Made by a program: the position numbers and the translations under genes. The notes beneath the pieces are model-generated. The model was not told the origin of the DNA, did not search any database, and was given only the letters and a program-made list of their open reading frames with translations. DNA of 10,452 bases from Sandaracinaceae bacterium (GTDB lineage: Bacteria; Myxococcota_A; Polyangia; Polyangiales; Sandaracinaceae): positions 1 through 10,452 of the forward strand of contig JBGAQA010000157.1 of the NCBI GenBank assembly GCA_044220955.1, written 5' to 3'. Positions 1 through 6,545 of the stretch are shown here, one piece after another. Positions within the stretch are counted from its first letter, which is position 1, and the number at the start of each line of letters is the position of its first letter.

Positions 1-176
1 ACGACGGCCCGAGCCTCGTCTGCATCCGCAGCGACCACGACGCCAACCTCGCCGTGCCCGAGCAGATGCTCGCCCGCTTCTTCGAGGTCTACTCGGGGCC
101 GGTCGAGGAGGAGGCGGCGGTCGCGGCCGGCGCCGTGCTCGGCATCACGCTCATCGTGCTGGTCAAGGGCCCGGTG
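1..176 (+). other. Partial plus-strand coding fragment with no start and no stop of its own; identity uncertain (first part possibly the C-terminus of a thiamine-pyrophosphate-binding enzyme, last part a hydrophobic membrane-like helix)
   Basis: The frame from position 3 reads DGPSLVCIRSDHDANLAVPEQMLARFFEVYSGPVEEEAAVAAGAVLGITLIVLVKGPV, with every codon ending in G/C. The antisense frame has many A/T-ending codons (ctt, gat, cgt, gta). DGPSLVCI resembles the GPxLIxV end of TPP enzymes (weak recollection, not searched). Confidence 0.4.
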
Positions 177-563
177 CTCGGCCTCGACGGCCTCGAGCAG
201 GTCGTCGGCCTCGTCGGAGATCTCGAAGTCGGCGTCGCGCGTCACGCGAAAGACGCTGCGGTCGACGACCTCCATGCCCGGGAAGAGCGCGCCGAGGTTC
301 TCGGCGATCAGGTCCTCGAGCAGGACGAACGTCTCCTCGCCCTCCACCACGGGCACGAACCGCGGCAGCATCTCCTTGGGGACCTTCACGCGGGCGAAGA
401 CGACGTGGTCGGTCTTCGGGTCGCGCACGAGCACCGCGAGGCTCAGCGAGAGGTTCGAGATGTAGGGGAACGGGCGCCCGAGGCCGACGGCGAGCGGCGT
501 GAGCACCGGCAGCACCTGGCGCCGGAAGCGCTCGTCGAGGGCGGGGCGCTGCTCGGGCGGCAC
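177..563 (-). pseudogene. ppk1: Internal fragment (129 codons, middle/head domain) of polyphosphate kinase 1; probably chimerically assembled
   Basis: Manual minus-strand translation: VPPEQRPALDERFRRQVLPVLTPLAVGLGRPFPYISNLSLSLAVLVRDPKTDHVVFARVKVPKEMLPRFVPVVEGEETFVLLEDLIAENLGALFPGMEVVDRSVFRVTRDADFEISDEADDLLEAVEAE. It contains the PPK1 motifs PVLTPLA, PFPYISNLSL, FARVKVP, LFPGM, FRVTRDAD and DLLxAVExE. The N-terminal domain and the catalytic C-terminal domains are missing. Confidence 0.9.
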
Positions 564-2453
564 GTCGTCGACCGCGATCACGAGCGGGCCGCGGGAGGTC
601 TCGGCGTCGATCCAGTCCGAGAAGGCGCGGCGCTCGAGGTCGCCGCGGAGCACCGGATCGCGCCGCACGCCCGCGAGCGCCGCGTCGGCGTCGGCCTCGA
701 AGGGCGCGCGGCAGAGCTCGCCGAGCATCACGCTGGCGCGCACGTCGAGCCCGAGGCCTCGGACCTTCTCGCGTCGATCACCGAGCGGCTCGCCGTCCAC
801 GATCCCCGCCGCGGCGCGCACGAGCTCCGCGGCGAGCGCGAGCGGTGCGGCCTCGCCCAGGGCGTCGGCGTGTGCCGACACGATCCGCGCGGCGCGCAGC
901 GCGCCGCGCTCGAGGAACGCGTCGACGACGCGCGACTTACCGCTTCCGGTCGGTCCGACGACGAGCACGACGCGCGCGACCGGCTCGTCGCACGCCTCCT
1001 CGAAGAGAGCGTCGAGCTGCGCGAGCTCGCGGTCGCGACCGAGGAGCGGCGCGACCTGCATCGCCGCATCGCGCGGTGTCGGCTCGTCCTTCGCGAAGGC
1101 GTCCAGGTAGGGCACGCCGCCGCGCACCTCGACCCGGAAACGGCCGTCGAGCAGCCCCCCGATGGCGTCGTCGAGGCGGATGTCCGCGCGCCCGTCGGAG
1201 GCGGCGGCAGCCGGGCGGTGGAGCATCTCCGCGCCCCGCTGGACGACCTCGCCGACGGGGACGCGTCCGGTCACGAGCGCGCGGCCGGCAGCGATCGCGA
1301 TCGCCGCGGTGGGCGCCACCTCTCGCACGGCGAGCGCACAGCGCGCCGCCCGCGCGGCCTGGTCCGCCGCGCCGCCCCCCGGATCGAGCGCGATCACGAG
1401 CGAGCCGTCGGCGAGCGCGACGAGCTCGCCTCCGAGGGGCTCGACCAGCGCGCGCACGCGCCCCGCGAGATCCTCGCCCGCGCTGGACGCCAGCGTCCGC
1501 CCGTCGTCCGGGACGAGCGCGCCGCCCTCGACCAGCACCACGCAGGTCACGCGCTGCTCCTGACCCGTCAGCGCCCGCCGCACGGGCGCCGTGGACGCGC
1601 GCAGCGAAGACTCGTCCTCGAGCAGCACGTCGAGCAGGCGCACGACCTCCTTTCCGTCGGCGGGTCGCTCTGTCGCGCGCTTGCTCATCATCCGGAGCAC
1701 GAGCGCGTCGAGGGCGTCGGGGATCGCGCCTGCGCGATCGCGCGGGGAGGGCGCCTCCTCGAGCAGCACCGCCGCGAGCACGGCGACCACGCTCTCGTGC
1801 TCGAAGGGCCGCGCGCCGGTGAGCGCCTCGTAGAGCACGCAACCGAGCGCGTACACGTCGGTGCGCGCGTCGATCTCGCGGCTCCCGCGCGCCTGCTCGG
1901 GCGCCATGTAGTAGGGCGTGCCGAGCACGGTGCCGGTCGTCGTGATCGTGCTCGCGTCGCCGGACATGCGCCGCGCGATGCCGAAGTCGAGCACCTTCAC
2001 GGTCTCGGGCTCGCCCGGGACGACGAAGAGGTTGGCGGGCTTGAGGTCGCGGTGGACGATGCCGGCGGCGTGCGCCCCGCCGAGCGCGCTGGCCGCGTCG
2101 CGCACGACGCGCAGGGCCCGCGCGATGCCGAGGGGACCCCGCCGCAGGCGCGCCGCGAGCGTCTCGCCCTCGAGCCACTCCATGGCGAGCCAGGGCGGGG
2201 TCACCCCGGGCTCCGAGTGGGCGACGTAGCGGACGATGTTCGGGTGATCGAGGTCGCGCAGGATCGAGCGCTCCCGCCCGAAGCGCGACGCGTCCACGCC
2301 GCCGGTCTCCGAGAGCACCTTGAGGGCGACCAAGCGCCCCGACGCGCGGTCCTGCGCGCGGTACACGACGCCCATCCCGCCCGCGCCGGCCTCGGCCTCG
2401 ATGCGGAAGCGATCCGCGATCAGGCTCCCGGGCGCGAGGCGCGGCGCCGGCAA
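564..2453 (-). CDS. Ser/Thr protein kinase (Hanks type) with degenerate nucleotide-cyclase-like region and AAA/P-loop ATPase domain; C-terminus missing (breaks at Walker B, about 630 codons present)
   Basis: Not in the ORF track because the frame stays open to the window edge. TTG at 2453-2451 has GAGGGG 7 nt upstream and an in-frame stop at 2459-2457. Kinase motifs: AGAGGMGVVY, VALKVL, HPNIV, HRDLKPAN (HRDLK at 2054-2040), VKVLDFGIA, GTPYYMAPE, DVYALGCVLYE. ATPase region: LLGRDRELAQL, Walker A GPTGSGKS (956-933), Walker B PLVIAVDD (587-564). Confidence 0.92.
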
Positions 2454-2678
2454 GCGTCAGCCCCTCGCGGCTCTCGCGAGGTCGGTCGCCCGAGCGGCCG
2501 CAACCCTCATCGGAGTGGCAGGGTGGTCAGTCGCGCTCGTGCTCGAACAACGCATCGTGGAGATGTCGAACGATAGGGCGCACCGGGACGGGATGCATCG
2601 CATTTGGTATGGCCGTCGAGCCGGGACGGGCCGAGCGCGACTTGACGGGTGCCGCGCGCGGAGGGAAGCCGCGCGCGC

Positions 2679-4001
2679 ATGGCCGACGACGATCCGAAGC
2701 GGCTCACCGATCTCGCGCGCGGGTTCCGGCAGCGCACGCTCGTGACCGCGAAGCTCGCGGCGAAGCTCGGCGCCAAGGCCGCGGGGCGCATGGCGTTCGG
2801 CGCGCGAAAGGACCCGGCGTCGGAGGCGACGAGCGCGGCCGTCAAGAGCGCCGAGGATCTCGTGAAGGAGATGGGCGCGCTGAAGGGCCTCGTGATGAAG
2901 GTCGGTCAGATCGCGAGCTACATGCCCGGTGCGATGCCGCCCGAGGCGCAGCGCGTCCTGGCCAAGCTCCAGTCCGAGTCGACGTCGCTCGCGTATCCGA
3001 AGATCGACGAGCTGCTGACCCGCGAGCTCGGTGGACCCACCCACGAGCGCTTCGAGACGTTCGAGGAATCGCCGTTCGCGGCGGCGTCCATCGGTCAAGT
3101 GCATCGGGCGCGGCACGAGGGGCGCGACGTCGCGGTGAAGGTTCAGTACCCGGGCATCGAGGAGCTGCTCGTGAGCGACCTGCGCACCGCCGGGATGCTG
3201 CTGAGGATGAGCACGCTCGGCACGGCGCTCGACGGGGGTGAGGTCGCCGACGAGGTACGCGCGCGCCTGCTCGAGGAGTGCGACTACCAGCGCGAGGCCG
3301 AGAGCCAGCGACTCTTCAAGGGGCTCTTCGCGAAGTACGCCGACGCGCACGTGCCCGAGGTGATCGCCGATCGCTCGACGCGGCGCGTGCTCACGACCGA
3401 GCTGGTCCGCGCCAGGAGCTTCCACGCCTTCGCGGACACGGCGTCGCAGGAGGCCAAGGATCGGGCCGGGGCGATCCTGTTCCGCACGTGCTTCGAGAGC
3501 GTGTTCCACCGCTGCATCTACAACGCCGACCCGCACCCCGGGAACTACCTCTTCCACGACGACGGGCGGGTCACGTTCCTCGACTTCGGCTGCGTGCGTC
3601 GCTACGACCCGAAGATGATCGCCGCGTGGAAGCGCGTCGCGCTCTCGGTGCTCGACGACGACCGTGCCCGCTTCGGTGCGACGTTCGGCGCCCTCGGCAT
3701 GGTCCCCGACCCCAAGCGCTTCGACTGGGACCACCAGTGGCAGGTGATGCGCTACCTCTATCGCCCCTTCTTCGCGACCACGGCGAGGCCCTTCCGGTAC
3801 ACGAACGAGTACGTCCAGGAGAGCTACGCCGTGCTGCTCTTCGACAACCCGAACCAGCGGCGCATGGCGATGCCCGCGGAGTGGGTGTTCCTCAACCGTC
3901 TGCAGTGGGGGCTCAACTCGATCCTCGCGGCGCTCAACGCCTCCGGCGGCTGGGGCGAGATCTTCCGGCCGGCGGTGGAGTCGGCGGAGGACCCGGGCTG
4001 A
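2679..4001 (+). CDS. AarF/ABC1/UbiB family atypical kinase (COQ8-like), 440 aa
   Basis: Family motifs KVGQ (KxGQ), FAAASIGQVH (Ala-rich loop), VAVKVQYPGI, ECDYQREA, NADPHPGNY and LDFGC. ATG at 2679 with GGAGGGA at 2660-2666 is preferred over the GTG at 2649. Confidence 0.95.
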   Translation: MADDDPKRLTDLARGFRQRTLVTAKLAAKLGAKAAGRMAFGARKDPASEATSAAVKSAEDLVKEMGALKGLVMKVGQIASYMPGAMPPEAQRVLAKLQSESTSLAYPKIDELLTRELGGPTHERFETFEESPFAAASIGQVHRARHEGRDVAVKVQYPGIEELLVSDLRTAGMLLRMSTLGTALDGGEVADEVRARLLEECDYQREAESQRLFKGLFAKYADAHVPEVIADRSTRRVLTTELVRARSFHAFADTASQEAKDRAGAILFRTCFESVFHRCIYNADPHPGNYLFHDDGRVTFLDFGCVRRYDPKMIAAWKRVALSVLDDDRARFGATFGALGMVPDPKRFDWDHQWQVMRYLYRPFFATTARPFRYTNEYVQESYAVLLFDNPNQRRMAMPAEWVFLNRLQWGLNSILAALNASGGWGEIFRPAVESAEDPG

Positions 4002-4012
4002 GAGCGAGGGCC

Positions 4013-4543
4013 TCACGGCAGCGCGCGTGTCTGCACCGCGCGGAAGAGCCGCTCTCGACGGTCCTCGGCCCAGGTGTAGAGCGCGACGGCCTCGACGCGC
4101 GCCGCGCAGCCCCGCAGATCGAGCTGCCCCGCCCATGCGATGGCGGCGCGTCGCTCGTCGGCGGACGCGCGGCGCGCGATGCGGCCGATCGTGACGTGAC
4201 CGAGCGGAGGCCGGTCGTCCACGGGTGCGCCCGCAGCGAGCGCCACCCTGGCGCGCGCGCCGCCGATCGCGGCGTCGATCTCCGGGTCGCCGAGCAGCGA
4301 GGACAGCGCGCTCGCCCCGAGCGGCTCCACGCGTCCGAGGCGGACGGCCCGCGGCGGTAGGGCGATGCCGAGCGCGCGCCAGCCAGCCAGTGCCTGCGGA
4401 GCGCCCACCGGCCCGAGGAACGCGATCGTCGCGTGCAGATCCTCGGCGGCGAAGACCCGCACTTGCCGGGGCGGCGCGCCGATCACGCGCGGGAGATCCG
4501 GCGCGCTGACCGTGAGCGCGACGAACCAGTTCGGCCGGCTCAT
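4013..4543 (-). CDS. thpR: 2H phosphoesterase, RNA 2',3'-cyclic phosphodiesterase (2'-5' RNA ligase family), 176 aa
   Basis: C-terminal part of track ORF 4013..5305, starting MSRPNWFVAL at ATG 4543. Two HxT motifs in typical context (DLHATIAFLG and PLGHVTIGR), N-terminal FVAL, and typical length. Confidence 0.88.
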   Translation of the reverse strand: MSRPNWFVALTVSAPDLPRVIGAPPRQVRVFAAEDLHATIAFLGPVGAPQALAGWRALGIALPPRAVRLGRVEPLGASALSSLLGDPEIDAAIGGARARVALAAGAPVDDRPPLGHVTIGRIARRASADERRAAIAWAGQLDLRGCAARVEAVALYTWAEDRRERLFRAVQTRALP

Positions 4544-4557
4544 CTCCCGAGGGTGCC

Positions 4558-4986
4558 TCACGGATGCACGACGGCGAGCTCGATCCGCCGGTTCGCGGCG
4601 CGGCCGGCCGGCGTGGCGTCGTCGGCGATCGGTCGCGTCTCGCCGTAGCCGACCGCCACCAGCCGGCTGGCCGCGATGCCCCGAGCGATGAGGGCCATCC
4701 GCACCTGGTCGGCCACCGACTGCGTGACGCGCTGGTTGAACGCCTCGCTCCCGCGGGAGTCGGTGTGCGCGCCGATCTCGATCGTCATCGTCGGGTGCGC
4801 GCGCAGCAGGCTCGCGACGGCGTCGAGCAGCGGCGCGTCGGCCGGGACGAGCGTGCCTCCGTGGGTCTCGAAGACCAGCGGTGCGGAGAGGGCGATGCGT
4901 CCGCCCTCGATGCGGGCCGTCGCGTCGGCGCGAGCCGTGGGGGCGAACAGGAGGGTGGCAGAGACGAGGAGGACGAGGATGCGCAC
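4558..4986 (-). CDS. Secreted OmpA-like (OmpA_C) peptidoglycan-binding protein, about 142 aa
   Basis: GTG at 4986 gives MRILVLLVSATLLFAPTARA-DA, a Sec signal peptide with AxA cleavage site. Followed by IEIGAHTDSRGS..FN, RLVAVGYGETRPIA and GRAANRRIE. Stops 14 nt upstream of thpR, so likely co-transcribed. Exact start is uncertain. Confidence 0.9.
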   Translation of the reverse strand: MRILVLLVSATLLFAPTARADATARIEGGRIALSAPLVFETHGGTLVPADAPLLDAVASLLRAHPTMTIEIGAHTDSRGSEAFNQRVTQSVADQVRMALIARGIAASRLVAVGYGETRPIADDATPAGRAANRRIELAVVHP

Positions 4987-5187
4987 GTCCCCAGTGACCA
5001 CGGCGGGGCGCGCCGTGACCGCCGCCCGCGTGCGCAGACGCATACGGGCGCGCGACGGATCGCCGGCCGGCGGTCTCTCTCTCGCTCCCCCTCCCGAAAA
5101 CACCCGTGATTCCGCGAAAAAATGCGGTGACCGATCGGTCGAGGATCCCGTCCGTCAGTCGGTGCGCGATAGAACGTCCAGGGATCG

Positions 5188-6543
5188 ATGTCGCTGCGCA
5201 TCTGCCACACCGGGGACTGGCACCTCGGGCACACGCTCTACCGCCGCGAGCGAGCGCACGAGCACGCGCGCTTCCTCGCCTGGCTCCTCGACACGCTGGA
5301 GGCACGGCGCGTCGACGCGCTGATCATCGCCGGCGACGTGTTCGACAGCGGCTCGCCCCCGGGCAGCGCGCTCGCGATGTTCTACGGCTTCCTGGCCGAC
5401 GTCCGGCGCCGGCTGCCCGAGCTCGCGGTGGTGATCGTCGCGGGGAACCACGACTCGCCGGCCCGGCTCGCCGCGCCCGATCCCGTGCTGCGCGCGCAGG
5501 GCGTCTCGATCGTGGGGAGCGTGCCCTACGAGGGCGCGCGGATCGCGGCGGAGCGGATGGTGGTTGCGGTGACGCGGGGCGGTCGCGTGATCGGCCGCGT
5601 CGTGGCCGTGCCGTTCCTGCGCGGGGCCGACCTGCCGCCGGTCGCCGAGGGCGGCGGGGCGGCGGTCGAGGTCGGCGCTCGGCAGGTCTACGACGCCGCG
5701 ATCTCGCATGCGCTGCAGGCGCGCGCCGACGGCGAGCCCATCGTGGTCACCGGGCACTTCGCGGCCGCGGGCGCGCGGATGTCGAGGGAGAGCGAGCGCC
5801 TGCTCGCGCTCGGGGTGGACGGGACCTTGCCCATCGACGTCATCGACACCCGCGAGGTGGCCTACGTCGCTCTCGGGCACCTCCATCTCGCGCAGCCGAT
5901 CGGCAGGGTGGCGCGCTACGCAGGGTCCCCCATCCCGCTCTCGTTCGCGGAGCGCGACCTCGAGCACGAGGTCCGCTTCGTGACCATCGACGGGCGGCAG
6001 GTCGCGAGCGAGGCCGTGCGCGTGCCCCGGAGCGTCGCGCTCGTGCGCGTGCCGGCGACGGGGCTCGCCGAGCGGGCGGACGCGCTCGCGGCGCTCGGGT
6101 CGTTCCCGACTCGCGAGGAGCGCGACGACGAGCGCGCGTGGCCCTGGGTCGAGGTGCGCGTGCGGGCTGGCGCGGGCGAGCGCGACGTGCTCGACGTCAT
6201 CGAGGCCGCCGCGCAGAGCAGGGCGATCCACCTCGTGCACGTCGTGATCGAGAGGCCGGAGGTCGAGGCGCACCTCTCGCTCGAGGCAGGGAGCGCGGCG
6301 CCCTTGGACGTACGGGACGTCCTCGTCGCGAGATGGATCGCCGAGCACGGCGAGGCTCCGTCGGCCGACGTCCTCTGTGCGCTCGCCGAGGCGACGGCGG
6401 AGGCGCGGGTGATCCTCGAGCGCCGACGCCAGCGCGCGGTGGAGATCGAGGGCGAGGGCGAGCGCGCGAGCGCGAGCCCACGGTCCCCTGCCGCGCTCGC
6501 GCTCTCCGGATCGACCGCGGCGCGTCGATCGGAGCTGGGCTGA
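5188..6543 (+). CDS. sbcD: Exonuclease SbcCD subunit D (Mre11-like metallophosphoesterase), 451 aa
   Basis: Motifs HTGDWHLG, IIAGDVFD, AGNHDS, TGH, YVALGHLH and RYAGSPIPLSFAE. Directly upstream of sbcC. Confidence 0.97.
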   Translation: MSLRICHTGDWHLGHTLYRRERAHEHARFLAWLLDTLEARRVDALIIAGDVFDSGSPPGSALAMFYGFLADVRRRLPELAVVIVAGNHDSPARLAAPDPVLRAQGVSIVGSVPYEGARIAAERMVVAVTRGGRVIGRVVAVPFLRGADLPPVAEGGGAAVEVGARQVYDAAISHALQARADGEPIVVTGHFAAAGARMSRESERLLALGVDGTLPIDVIDTREVAYVALGHLHLAQPIGRVARYAGSPIPLSFAERDLEHEVRFVTIDGRQVASEAVRVPRSVALVRVPATGLAERADALAALGSFPTREERDDERAWPWVEVRVRAGAGERDVLDVIEAAAQSRAIHLVHVVIERPEVEAHLSLEAGSAAPLDVRDVLVARWIAEHGEAPSADVLCALAEATAEARVILERRRQRAVEIEGEGERASASPRSPAALALSGSTAARRSELG

Positions 6544-6545
6544 TC

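Noticed and set aside
933..959. Near-identical Walker A strings in the kinase-ATPase (VGPTGSGKS) and SbcC (VGPTGAGKS)
   Set aside because: Generic P-loop consensus. The flanking sequences are unrelated, so it is not a duplication.
54..2576. 840-aa plus-strand ORF
   Set aside because: Beyond about 180 it is the exact codon-register antisense shadow of the ppk1 fragment and the kinase-ATPase gene. All recognisable motifs are on the minus strand.
2528..2599. Short minus-strand ORF MHPVPVRPIVRHLHDALFEHERD upstream of the kinase
   Set aside because: Only 23 codons, no clear RBS, weaker GC3 bias and no recognisable motif. It cannot be supported without conservation or ribosome profiling.
2457..4136. 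559-aa minus-strand ORF, and similar shadows at 5155-6348, 5916-7151 and 7965-10301
   Set aside because: Antisense shadows of the ABC1 kinase, sbcD, sbcC and the 9537 gene. Stop codons are rare at this GC content and no family motifs are present.
4544..5305. Long N-terminal extension on the thpR ORF (430 aa in the track)
   Set aside because: Overlaps the OmpA-like gene in another frame and has Arg-rich off-frame composition. The 2H domain begins at ATG 4543.
5106..6545. 480-aa N-terminal extension making SbcC 1453 aa
   Set aside because: Arg/Gly/Ala-rich off-frame read-through overlapping sbcD. The canonical SbcC N-terminus and an RBS are at 6546.
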